Origin: Octopus vulgaris
Lineage: Eukaryota
Reading direction: 5' to 3'
Length of the DNA: 64,000 nt
Assembly: GCA_951406725.2 (NCBI GenBank)
Contig: OX597827.1
Coordinates: 51,708,001 to 51,772,000, forward strand
Made by a program: the position numbers and the translations under genes. The notes under the pieces are model-generated. The model made no database searches and was not told the origin of the DNA. It was given only the letters and a program-made list of their open reading frames with translations. Shown piece by piece: positions 26,460 to 39,404 of the stretch (position 1 is the stretch's first letter; every line of letters begins with the position of its first letter).

Positions 26460-26960
26460 GAGATCTCACTGCATGCAATCAAGCTCTTGTGGAAACACAT
26501 CTAACATCTATGTATAGCACTTGTGGAAACACATCTTAGACCTGATAGGGTCTAAGATAGGGGATGCAGCAATGCACAAGCCAAAGTATGTTGTATTATG
26601 AATGAACAGAGGAGAAAGGAGACATGGTGAAGTTGCAGTATACGTCTGTGTGAATCATATTCAAATTCACTATGTGATAGTGAAATTGTACTCATAAGAC
26701 AACTTGACATTGTTTTATGTATCACATGTTGTCCACCAGATACTCCAAATTACACTGACAAGTTTGAAGATTACCTCACAAAAATAGTTCTCACCAAACT
26801 GGAGCGAAACATGAATGTATTCCTTGTAAGTGACTTGAGCCTCTCCAGTGTGGGGTGACCTGAGGGCCTCATGCTCTCAGGAATGACACATTGCCAACAA
26901 GCACATGTGGAGTCCCTGCTCCACCTCAACAATGCTTCATTAATGGAGCAAATTTTTGAT
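26460..26960 (+). mobile_element. Decayed LINE AP-endonuclease fragment (CR1/L2 group)
   Basis: Translation ...CPPDTPNYTDKFEDYL...NVFLVSDLSLSSVG* resembles the YRPP...GDFNLP.V.W segment. Confidence 0.5.
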
Positions 26961-27130
26961 GATGATGATATATGTATTTTTAAAGCATCACTCTAGGTTA
27001 AATAAACTGGTGTCTGGAAGAAAAGAGAAGGGGTCTCATGATGAACTCTTTCACAATTTGTTATGCATTGGTTAGAGAAAACTTTCCCTGGATTCTTAGG
27101 ATAGCACCGTAGTAGATAGCTCAGCTTGTT

Positions 27131-27526
27131 TCTTTTATCTTGTTTTAGTCATTAGACTGTGGCCATGCTGGGACACCACCTTGAAAAATTTCTTTTAGTT
27201 AAATGAATCAACCCAAAGGCTTCATTTTTTTAAAAGCCTGGTACTTATTCTATTGATCTCTTGTATTGAACTGCTAAGTGACAGGGACATAAGCACACCA
27301 ACACCAGTTGCCAACCAGTGGTGGGGGACAGAGGCAGACAGACAGACAGACACACACACATATGATGGGCTTCTTTCAGTTTCCGTCTATCAAATTCATT
27401 CACAAGGTTTTGATCAGCCTGAAGCTATAGTAGAAGATACTTGCCCAAGGTGTCATGCAGTAGGATTGAACCTGGCGCCTTGTGGTTGGGAAGCAAGCTT
27501 CTTACTACACAGCCATGTCTGCGCCT
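27131..27526 (-). mobile_element. SINE family A
   Basis: Reverse complement of 14039-14460. Confidence 0.82.
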
Positions 27527-28532
27527 ATCCACACAGCCATGCCTACTTCTATATCTGTGTTTCTGATGGCTCATCATTAATTAAACAATGTCTATTTCCG
27601 CACAGTACAGCATAACTTGGAAGAACTGAAATAAATTTAAACATTTTAAAGCGTCACTATGGATTAGAAAGAACGTGTTTACATTCATATTTAACTCACC
27701 AAATGAAATAAGGGATGTTTTCCTGACATATGTTGTTATTAAATGTTTGTGATAGTGAAAGAGTCTAGATATTTCCCTGTACTTTGAAAGTTGATATAAT
27801 GAGGACATTGCAGCCTAGACTTCTAAAGCAATTGATGGATGTTAGTGTAAGAGGTGTCCATGTTATGTGTGTAGATGATGACTTGGTATAGAAGATTGAG
27901 GAAAAATGAAGAGAGGAGTCATTTGTATAGAGTTGTGCTTTAGAACTGGCAACAGAAATATTGTGGGTGTCTTAACCAAAACCTCAAAGTACTTCAAAGT
28001 TGATAATATTGGCTGGAGAGAGAGCAATGTCAGTATACACTGTTAAGATATGAGTTGATAGAAAATTTCTTGTCCTTCATTTGAGGGAGATGGATAAAAC
28101 CCTTAGGCTTGTAACCTAGGTAGGACATTCTCATGTCACATGTGATCAAAGGCTTTGTTGTGTTACAGTTTCTGGATTTTTTCAGGGTCAAAAAGCTATT
28201 ATTGAGTGGTATACATCTTCCTCCTCTATGCCATCACTATCATCTTTTAACATTTGTTTTCCATACTGGCATGAGTTAGATGGTTCATTAGTTGCTGGTG
28301 AGCCAGAGGACTGCACCAAGCTTGGCATAGTTTCTATTGCTTGATGCTTTTAATGCTAAATATTTTAAGTATATATTGGTGCTTTTTATGTGGTACTGGC
28401 ACTAATGAGGGTTACTAAGTAACTTGCAAGACAAGACAAGACCCCTCAACTGGAGGTATTGAAGAAGGTGGCCAAGTTACATGAAATAAAAAAAAAATCA
28501 GACTTGCTGTTGATTATAATTAAATATTTTAT

Positions 28533-28719
28533 CAGTGGCACATAAAAAGCACCCACTACACTCTCAGAGTGGTTGGCGTTAGGAAGGGCATCCAACTGTA
28601 GAAACTCTGCCAAATCAAGATTGGAGCCTGGTGCAGCCATCTGGTTCGCCAGCCCTCAGTCAAAATCGTCCAACCCATGCTAGCATGGAAAGCAGACGTT
28701 AAACGATGATGATGATGAT
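28533..28719 (+). mobile_element. RTE 3'-end copy
   Basis: Same motif with (gat)n tail. Confidence 0.82.
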
Positions 28720-28957
28720 CTTGATTATCCTAGAGAACTCAGACTGGTGTTGCTTGTCACTACATATAATTTGTTTTTATATAGAATTAAGTCTTTGCAC
28801 AAAATTTGATAACAATCAGAAAAAAAATGAAAATGGCTCAACTAGGAATCAAATTATTGGCAATTAAAATTCTGGATTTACCATCACTTTATGTAGAATA
28901 GCTATGCATACAGGTACATACACACACAAACACTTACACACATACACACACATGCGT

Positions 28958-28995
<38 letters not shown>

Positions 28996-29491
28996 AAGTA
29001 GTTCTCTTAAGCAGTCCAGTGATAATCTCTGGATTATATTAAAAAAAGACTTGTCACTTATGATGTCTGACAAATGGCAGTAGATCAAAGTCTTGGCAAG
29101 AAGAATTACATACGTAGTTGCTTTGACATAATGGAGTGATTATAATAATGCTAAAACAAATGTAATAGCTGAGTCATTTTTCTCTTTTTCTTTACTCTCC
29201 CCCCTCTCTCTCTCTCTCTCTCTCTCACTCTCTTTATTTCTTCTTTCTAACTCTACATCATAATACATCATAATACATGCTACTGACACTGAATTCGTGT
29301 GTAGAATCTAACTTGGGAGTGTTGCTGAACTGGGTCATGCGTTCAATCCCTGTAACAGTCATCCTGTTACTTTCTGTGCAGTCAAGGAGTGTAACTGTTT
29401 GTGCTCAAATCTACTCTCTTGAAATAGAAAACCCTACTCCTACATCTCAGAAGAATAATGTTTGATATTTGTTGATATATCTCAATCAGGA

Positions 29492-29881
29492 ATATGAAAC
29501 CCTTTAGCATTCAGATTTCTCTGTCAAATGTAATACTTATTCACATTGATATGAGTTAGTCATGCATTATCTTGTGGCTTTGAAATTTTAATGACCCGAG
29601 TGTTTATTTTTAGGATAATATTGTAGGATAAGTGTTACAGGTTGGCTATGACTGGTTTAAATGCCGAAAGACCTTAGGAGAAAAGTATTAAATATTTTTA
29701 TGATAGCTTTTGTGTTTCTTTCTCCTTTTCCTCATTTATTTGCACAATATAATGTTGGCAGTCTTAGCCATTTTCTTACTGCACATGATTCCCTTTATTA
29801 TGTTGACAAAGCTTCTCACTTTCTCTAGTATTACTCCTCTATTGAGAAAGATGAGCTGGAAAAGTTTAATGCATTTTTCCA
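29492..29881 (+). repeat. About 400-bp direct duplicate of 30878-31281
   Basis: Colinear from atatgaaaccct to tttttcc; both give the near-identical MCFFLLFLIYLHNIML pseudo-ORF. Confidence 0.88.
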
Positions 29882-30024
29882 GAGCTCAGTATTTTTCTTA
29901 AAAAAAGAATTTAAAGTTTTAATGTATCACAGATATTTTTGAATTATATGCATTATTATGAAACAAAATAGACTTCTCTTTCAGACTTTTACTTCTTATA
30001 AATTTCTATCTTCTGATAGTTATG

Positions 30025-30256
30025 TATTTCTTTACTGCCCACAAGGGGCTAAACATAGAGGGGACAAACAAGGACAGACAAAGGGATTAAGTCAATTACA
30101 TCGACCCCAGTGGGAAACTGGTACTTTATTTATCAACCCTGAAAGGATGAAAAGCAAAGTCGACCTCGGCGGAATTTGAACTCAGAATGTAACGACAGAC
30201 AAAATACGGCTACGCATTTCGCCTGGCGTGCTAACGTTTCTGCCAGCTTGCCGCCT
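30025..30256 (-). mobile_element. SINE family B
   Basis: Matches 20058-20286. Confidence 0.85.
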
Positions 30257-30711
30257 TATGGTCATCTTACTGAAAAGCTAACTAATGTTGTAGACATTAC
30301 CCAGTGCAATACCAAGATTCAAATCTTTCCTTTGTGATTCGGTCTGCAAGAGAGTGTGTGTCTTGTGTGTAGTTGTTGGGGACTGAGAAAACTGAAAGAA
30401 GCACTTTGTGTAATCTTAAAGGCAACCAACAACTTTCTGTATATTGTTTGCTAATTGATAAAGGAGGGAGGTTGTTCAATTTCAAGTTCGATCCTGATAA
30501 AGCAGACATGTTATTAAAAGCATTCCAATTGTGACCCTCATTTCTTTTTTTTTTATATATATACAGAAAGGTGAGGTATCTATGACTATGTTATCTATAA
30601 TGCTTGTCTTTTAGTTTTCTTTGACAGTGGAATTATTTAAGAGAGATTTTGCTGATATTCCTAATTGGTCAAGTTAATACATTTAAGTTTCCTGGTAGAA
30701 AGTTGTTTTAA

Positions 30712-31963
30712 CCCCTTAATGGATTATCCTGAGTTTAGTTGTGCATCGCAAATGTATCTTTTTAGAACCAGACGAGTATACTCGGTCAAAATTAACTTTT
30801 AATTTTAGCACTCAAATTAATTTATTTGTTTTGTGACATTTCATTTTTGAGCAATCATGAATTTACTCACATTGTCATATGAAACCCTCTAGCATTCAGA
30901 TTTCTCTGTCAAATGTAATACTTATTCACATTAATATGAGTTAGTCATGCATTATCTTGTAGCTTTGAATTTTCTATGACATGAGTGTTTATTTTTAGGA
31001 TAATATTATAGGATAAGTGTTAGAGGTTGGATATGACTGGTTTAAATGCTGAAGATTTTAGGAGAAAAGTATTAAATATTTTTTAGTATGAATATTTTTA
31101 TGAAAGCTTTTGTGTTTCTTTCTCCTTTTCCTCATTTATTTGCACAATATAATGTTGGCAGTCTTAGCCATTTTCTTACTGCACATGATTCCCTTTATTC
31201 TGTTGACAAAGCTACTCACTTTCTCTAATATTGCTCCTTTATTGAGAAAGATGAACTGGAAAAGTTTAATGTATTTTTCCGAAGAATTTATGCTTCTGAG
31301 TTTTGAACTTTTACTTCAGTGTATTCAGGAGGAGGTTGATGTCATTTTAGAACTGTCTCGTTTTGATTCTCTATTATTTATACAAATAAGAGAATCATTT
31401 ATGCATTTTTTTCTCAAAATGGATGAAGATTTAGATATATTCAGTGATCACGAAAGGGATTTTTCATTTCACGATCTGGAAAGCTCTGGGGACAATTTAG
31501 AAACGTGTAGTTCAGACTCTGAATATTTTTCAGAAGATGACAAAGAAGATAATCAGATTGATGCACATGCATGGCACGAATCAATTGCTTGTCCGATTCA
31601 AAGAGAAAGCAGATACATGTGTGATGTCTGCAAGATAACTTTGTGTGTAACTCCTTGTTTTAAAAATTATCATTCTAAATAAACTGTCTATCTCATTTAA
31701 AAACAATTTTCCTTTGATTTAAAGGCAATACGTTTTATAAAAAATTGAAGATAGCTAAGTTATATGTATTTTTTCAATGTTCGAGTTAACTCATTTAAAT
31801 CCAAATGAGTAAAAGTACATTTTAATTTCTATAATAAAAAATAATGGAAACAAGATAAAAAACGTTGTTTTGTAATTAACACAGTGTATATAATTAAAAA
31901 AGAAAATTAAAAAATATGCTCTGAAATGAAATGCCATGTCAAAATAATTGATCCATTAAGGGG
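30712..31963 (+). mobile_element. Internally deleted piggyBac element
   Basis: TTAA TSDs (30708-30711, 31964-31967), TIR CCCCTTAATGGAT/ATCCATTAAGGGG, an acidic N-terminus and the C-terminal Cys-rich motif RESRYMCDVCKITLCVTPCFKNYH. Confidence 0.9.
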
Positions 31964-34660
31964 TTAAAGCCACAACGGAGGCTGTATGACTATAGTGAGG
32001 GAATAATGGTGTAGTAGTAGTTGTAATGTAGTATTTAGGTTGCAATAATGATTATAGTGGCAACAACACTGGTAGTCACAGTCATCAGTAGAATGGGGAT
32101 TGTTATTGCTTAAAATTCCGTGCTGGTGCAGATCTTATAAAGCCGTGTCAGTCATTACTGCCAAGTTCAGTCTAAATATGCATGCACATATACACATACA
32201 AAGTAACACTTGATCTCGTTCACTCTCACTCCCTCTATGTCTCTCCCCTCACTGTCCAACACATCATGAGGGATTAGTAGTAGTTAGAAATTTTTGTGTT
32301 TTTTTATATACACACATATATATGCACACATACAAACATGCATATACTCATACATAACACACACACTAAAAGAAATTAAAGTGAGAGTGATGTATACCTT
32401 AATGATTATTATTTTGGCACTTTGATATACAAAATAGATTAACAGAAATTGCCACGTTTATGTCATTATACACCCTCACTCATAAATACATCAATTATAT
32501 ACCTAACTACCTTTCTTTCATCGAAAGCTGCAGATAGGTTTTCATTTATTTACCTATATTTCACAATGTGATGCTACCTGTTAAAACACTGCAATTTGTT
32601 GAGGATTTTAGCTGAAAAGTGATATTAACTTTTGATTTTTGTCATCATTATCATCATTATTACTATTTATTGCAAAACTAACAATTTCAGTAAAAATTAC
32701 ATGTATGAAAATGCGACAGATGTTTTTTCCTTGATAGTTACCAATGATGGAAAAAATTGCCATTTGGTTTTGCATTGAGGATACTGCTTACATCTTCAAT
32801 TAACTTTTTAGAAAGAAGACCATATCTGTCAAAAGTTTTGATAAAAATTTGTATCATGTAAAAATCTCAAACAGAAGTCTATTTTGTTTCATAAAAATGC
32901 ATGTAACAGACTCAAAAACATCTGAGATATGTTTGGGTTGAACCTATTTTCTCTGCCCTTAGAATCTACCAGCTGAATCTCTGACCAGGATTACTGAATC
33001 ATCTCTTATCAAATTGGTTTATTGTTGCACAGGAATTTTATTAGTTTTTACTAATAGTTAACTCTGTTATCTTTTAATGTATTTTATTGTATGGAACTGC
33101 CTCTACATATATTCAACCAGTCAATCACAGTTATATTCAGCCAGTCATACATAATCTGCCTTACACACATTGATATATTCCAATTTGACTTCACTAAATT
33201 ATCACTACTCTCCAGTTAATGGGGATTTTTTAAAATGCTCTGAGTATAAGTCCATTTTATTAGACTAACTTAAAGAAAAATACATAGCATGCACACACTC
33301 ATTGAGTTACACACAGGCATATAGACTCATTAACATTAATGTTCTTACACATTTGCACATAGTTTTGTATATGGGTATTACCACACACTTTTATACACTA
33401 ATTTTTTTTCTATACAAATGCAAACAAATAAACACATGCATCTAATTACAAGCTTCTTATTAGAAACTTTCAGTTATAAATGCAAGCACAAATATAATAA
33501 AACTATCTTAGTCAAAAATGAGATACCATTCAGATACAGGTGGTAAATAAAACCATATTAGTCCCTGTTCACACCTGGATAATCAATATATTTAAGTTTT
33601 TGTCCACCCTTTTTTTGCTTTCAAAGTACTTAAGCTTTAATCTCATTAAACCTTCTGAACATCATCACCAACAACATTTTCACTGATATTAATGCCACTT
33701 TCTCAAATATCAACATCATCATGAATAGCACCACAAACACTGTCACTCTCCAAACTACTTCAGTCAATACCAACATTAATAGTGTCTCTACATAAACATT
33801 AAACCCCAACACCCACATCAACTTTGAATTTGTGAAGAGGGATGTGGAGATAAAAATTATACTCACATTCCAAATTCACATCACTGGTATTACAACTTTT
33901 ATGTTTACTTTGTGGTAATATCCAGTGTTTCAGATTAAACACATCCATACCTCCACTGTTAGTAGATGGGGTGCTTAAATTCTTTGAATTAAGTAGGTTT
34001 CAATGAATTGGAACAAGACAGAAAGAAATAAGTATTTAGAAAAAGAAAGCAAAAAGAGAATTGACTTATAGATTATAACATTTTATTTTAAATAATCAAG
34101 AATCGAATCTCAGTTTGATCTGATTATTATATGGCTGTTCATATTTCACTGTGAGATTTTCTATTTCAATTATATTGCTATATTTACTGAATGATATTTA
34201 GATCTCTACATGGTCGTCTCACACACATTCATGTGCATGGTTATACAAAAACCTTGACAAATATGTATTTAGATTTAACTAATTCTTGAAAATATTTATT
34301 TACCTGAACAGATGCAGATACCTCTATATAAACAACTGTAAACGTGCATGCACATACACACATAGCATATATCTGTAAATAAATGCTCGCATATATATGC
34401 ATATGCAAACATATATCTTCAGATATTCACATGCACCAGTTTACTTATAGATACTTCATTAAATTAGTTTATATGTATGAATAGTATGTCTGAATGTAGC
34501 TATCTATCTATATTTTTTTATATATATATATACATGTATAAATATCTAAATGTATCTTCCAATGTAATTACATGTGTTAATATACCATTTTTGAAAATGT
34601 GCATGTAATTAGTTATATGATACAAAGTCCACTTTCTCTCCAAATAATATATTTTAAAAA

Positions 34661-35172
34661 ATGACTCGGTGTCGCAAAATCAAAGTTGACCGTAGGTCAC
34701 TCTCAAGAGTAAAGCGGAGACGTTTTCTTCTTTATACTCTTAAGAAAATTCAAGAATGTTGTAACACAATGCCACATCCATTTAAAACCGAATACACTCT
34801 TAAGAAAACATTGTTAAATATTTTTGCTCACAAAACCAGGCCAGTACCAAGGTACTTCAGGCACAAGAATGCAGCATACAGCATTTACTGGCTTGCAAAA
34901 AAGACTCATATGATTAGTATGAAATGTATTAACCATTTAGAGCAAACCATACTTGCTCAGAAACTTATGTCATCGATAGCCTTTGCTCAATATCAAGCTT
35001 GCAATCGCACTGCTAAAATATATTGCAAAATTCAGCAGAAAATTCGTAATCAAAAGTTAGTTTGCTTCATCTATCATTGTCATTCATTTGAATGGAAAGC
35101 AACTCCATCAACAAGGAAAGGCTGTTACCATTTTACACCAGAGGAATTTTGTTCTCATGATTCTATACCAAG
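34661..35172 (+). CDS. Candidate alternative first coding exon of the SH3PXD2-like gene (170 codons, basic and Cys/His-rich)
   Basis: aaaaATG start, no stops in about 65% AT DNA, and ends CCAAG|gtatgt. This phase-2 donor is compatible with the acceptor at 51023. No family similarity recognised. Confidence 0.5.
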
Positions 35173-35689
35173 GTATGTATATTGGTGAATTGGATTTGTA
35201 AAGTTCGAAGGATTTTTGTATATTCTGCATTAGAACTTGATTTTTTCAAAATCTTGAAATATGTGCATATCTGTTATGAGTATTTCTTCTGCTTTGTGCT
35301 GTTACAGTAACACCCAAAGCGTTCAGTACAGGAGTGTAACATTTGTGATTATGCAGTCAACTACATTATTTTGCTAGTCCTGATACCTGTGTTCACCATT
35401 CACTGTGTCCTTTCTCTACCTCCCTCTTTTGTACACTTGCAAACTTACATGCCCACTCACCTTATCCAGTCCTCTGAACTATTTCACTTGTGTACCCCTC
35501 CCAACACATCTTTATCTTCTTTCACTTTCCTCTCCTCTCTTTCCCCTCTCTCTCTTTTTCTAACTGGAGTAGCCATTTTCCCCTCCAGTGCAAGACACCT
35601 GTTTCTGTTCCTCTATTCATACTCTAACCACTCATCACCTGGTACAAAGCCATCTCTCTCAATACCACTATATATATATATATCTTTCC

Positions 35690-35830
35690 TTCTCCTATGT
35701 TTCCGATGAAGAGCTCCGCTCGAAATGTTAAACCCTCCTTCTTTCCTTCTTTCCTGAGCGTCCAATAATACTATATTTGTTCCACATCCTCGCGTTGTTG
35801 TGTTTTTTTGTGCTTTCTTGTTTGGATTAA
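35690..35830 (+). mobile_element. Penelope pseudo-LTR-like repeat with degenerate minimal hammerhead motif
   Basis: gttt CCGATGA a gagc tcc gctc GAAA tg TT aaac at 35699-35733. Confidence 0.5.
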
Positions 35831-36051
35831 CTATATATATATATACTCATATTACTCATTGATGTACATTGTTTTGTTCTATACTATTATGTTTGACCTT
35901 AATGTTCATATGTAGTGTTTTAATAAATTACGTGATTGGGTATTATCTGGTAGTTGATTATTGATTAAGGTGTATTTCTCCATTTTCCTATTTTGTATTA
36001 TATATATATATGTATTATGTGTGTATACATATGTATATATGTTTGTATATA

Positions 36052-36095
<44 letters not shown>

Positions 36096-36169
36096 TATAT
36101 CTCCAACCCCCCACACACACACACATATTCCTCATCCCCTCCCTCCCAGCCTTCCACCCCCTCCTACTT

Positions 36170-36540
36170 CTGTCCCATCCAACCGTCTCCACTTCATTCC
36201 TCCAAATCTTCCCCTCTCTGAGACAGACCACTCCCTCTTCAGTAGGGTCTGCGCTTCATCCCCCACAATCCATCCAGCAGCAAATTTCAGACTTGTGCCG
36301 ATAACCACAGCTTTGTGCACCATGTTAGGTTGTGTGCGCTTTTCTGCGGCACTCCACCTGCATCTAATGAGGAAGACTGTTTCACCATCCCAGTGGACGC
36401 CAGCTCCTGGCCAGTTCCAAGCAGTCAATCTTTTTGTGAATGCCTACCAGCACGCTGTGGACCAGTTTGATTATTCTAGGCATCCCCAACATCTAAACAT
36501 CTCACCAGCTGAACTCTTGGCCCTTCAATGTCTACCAATG
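36170..36540 (+). mobile_element. Penelope-like element ORF N-terminal fragment
   Basis: LSETDHSLFSR/GLRFIP (frameshift)...SQWTPAPG...NISPAELLALQCL, the pattern that precedes the RT domain in PLEs. Confidence 0.6.
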
Positions 36541-36794
36541 TCATATCTACCAAGCCTTAAGTGCCCACAGAATACTCTTCATGTTGCAGGTATGGATTTG
36601 TTGTTCTTCATGTCTCCACAATGAAAGCATGATGCTTGCCCGTCCAATATATATATTGGCAACTGAAAGTAAAATGAAGCAAAATGTTACAAGCTGCATC
36701 TATTGAAATGAAATGGCATTATAGTTTAAACACGTTTTTTGTTCTTTATTTTACTTTTATCAAACCTACAATTGTGTCATCATTTTGCCACAGC

Positions 36795-36952
36795 CATGGC
36801 TGTGTGGTAAGTAGCTTGCTAACCAACCACATGGTTCTGGGTTCAGTCCCACTGCGTGGCATCTGGGGCAAGTGTCTTCTGCTATAGCCCTGGGCCAACC
36901 AATGCCTTGTGAGTGGATTTGGTAGACAGAAACTGAAATGCTTGGGGGACAA

Positions 36953-37000
<48 letters not shown>

Positions 37001-37190
37001 TTGTCCCCCAAGCATTTCTTGACAACTGATGGTGGTGTGTTTACATCCCCATCACTTAGCGGTTCGGCAAAAGAGACCGATAGAATAAGTACTGGGCTTA
37101 CAAAGAATAAGTCGCGGAGTCGATTTGCTCGACTAGAGGCAGTGCTCCAGCATGGCCACAGTCAAATGACTGAAACAACTAAAAGAGTAA
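36795..37190 (+). mobile_element. SINE family A with internal local inversion
   Basis: Matches 14039-14460. The segment aaatgcttgggggacaaacacacacatac...gtatgtgtgtgtttgtcccccaagcattt (about 36936-37017) is a perfect palindrome. Confidence 0.85.
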
Positions 37191-37587
37191 TCTTTATATA
37201 TAAAAGTAAGGTTGTGTGTCTGTCTCCTATGATTTAGATTCCTAACTACTCCCACATTTTGCGGTGCAGTTTAACCAAAACCGGGTATCTTATAGTCGTG
37301 ATTCATATCGAGCCCTTCTGGGTATTAGCATGCGTCTACGATGAGTCTACGAATTAAAAAAAATTTACCATAATTTTTTTCCATTTTAATGCATTTTTTC
37401 GCTATTATATAAGGGAAGTAACTCTCTAAAAATGTCTACGATGAGTCAACGATTTAAAAAAAAATTTACCATAATTTTTTTTCCATTTTTAATGCATTTT
37501 TTTGCTATTTTTTGGCTATAACTCTCTAAAAATGCTTATATAGTTATTTCCCTTACAAACCCGAGCAACGCCGGGTGATACTGCTAG
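37191..37587 (+). mobile_element. Non-autonomous Helitron
   Basis: a|TC start, CTAG|t end, GC hairpin cccgagcaacgccggg about 8 nt before the end, no TSD, and an internal tandem repeat of about 100 bp. Confidence 0.85.
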
Positions 37588-37847
37588 TATATATATATAA
37601 GCTTGTTGCTCTAAGCAGCAACCTTTTCCAACCACTGCTTTTTTCTGATTGTCCTGAAGAAGGGGTCTCCACTCCAAAATATAGAAATACAAAGTAAAAC
37701 TGCAACTTTGTTCTGTTTTGTTTTCCTTTGGTAGTCTACTTTTTACTATCTCAGATTGTTCCAGCTTTACACAACTACATTCTTAAAGCTTTTGTACCTG
37801 TATAGGTAGAAACTTGCTAGCCAATACTTCCCTTTATATATGTGTAT

Positions 37848-38704
37848 ATGTTGGGCCTCATGGAGGTGATGACAAATGAAAGAGACCTTTGGAGATATGC
37901 TGTGCTTGAAAAGACCCGACAAGCCAAATGAGACCATAACCATGACCTATGCCAGTGTAGCATAACCAGCCCATTTAAGGGTACCCTTCAATTGTTGGGC
38001 AATAAACTGCTTCAGAAGACCTGTTGAGTCAAGTGAAATCATTGTCATGGCCGAGACCAGTACCGCCTGACTGGGACGTGTACCGGTGGCATGTAAAAAG
38101 CACCCACTACACCTTCAGAGTAGTTGGTACTAGGAAGGGCATCCAGATGTAGAAACCTTGCCAGATCAGATTGGAGCCTGGTACAGCCTTCTGGCTTGCC
38201 AGTCCTCAGTAAAAACAGTCCAACCCATGCCAGCATGGAAAGTGGACATCAAACGATGATGATGATGATGCTGTATAATTGACTGTAGAAATAAAGCTTT
38301 TTTTAAGATTTAAGAAACAAAATTGAAAGAGAACAGACAAAAGCTAGCTATCAAATAAAGAACAGGAGTTAGCAAAAAATAAAAGATAATAGAGTATCAT
38401 ATTACAGACAGAACAAAGTCAATAGCAACAAAGTCATGCAAAGGGAGTGAGCCCAGTGTAGCCATTATATATAAATTAGGGCAGAGAAGGAAGATTAGAA
38501 CATGTGAGTTATCTTGTGAGATACATAAATGAGTCATACTGCCATTCACTACCTAATATCCAATAGGGTCAGACTTATACACATATGCAGAGAAAGACAA
38601 CAAAGTCATGCAAAGGGAGTGAGCCCAGTGTAGCCATTATATATAAATTCTTAAAGCTTTTGTACCTGCATAGGTAGAAACTTGCTAGCCAATACTTCCC
38701 TTTA

Positions 38705-38745
<41 letters not shown>

Positions 38746-39362
38746 TAGGTTAGTTGAAATATGTTTGTCACATATCTCAACTGCTAAAAGGCAAATACAC
38801 TGCAGTTACCATGGAGAAAAAATTCTCTAATGGTAAAAAGGTGTGAAAACACCCCTTTCGTTCAGTGTCACCCTCTCTTGGGAATCTGAGACATCAATGT
38901 TTCAAGTTTGTTGACTTGTCAATCAGACGTACCTGAGAGGGATAACCCTGAATGAACTGACAAAACTTATAGCTTTATATATAATTCAACTAAAACATTG
39001 ACTGATTTGCACTAGTTGTGACAAACATATTTCAACTAACCTAAATCGTGATTACATGTAAGCACTGATTAGCACGTTTACTCAAATATATATGTATATA
39101 TATGGAAAAAAGTCAAGATAGAAAATGCTAAAATAATTTTATAAAAAACATTTCAGTACCGGTTTCAGTCATTGAGACTTTTTTCAACTGTAACAATTAA
39201 ACAATTAAATTTAGAAAAATTAAAAGAAAAGCTTTTTTTAAAAGAATAGTTGTATAGTGTTCAAATACAAGTGGCATTTTCCTTGTTTTTGTCTATCTCT
39301 GTCTCTCTTGTTTACTCTTGTGGGTTCGAGGTTGTTGCGTGTATATATATGTGTGTGTGTGT

Positions 39363-39404
<42 letters not shown>

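Noticed and set aside
31110-31418. Hydrophobic N-terminal extension of the 190-aa ORF
   Set aside because: Non-ATG start in T-rich transposon leader sequence; the plausible start is the ATG at 31419.
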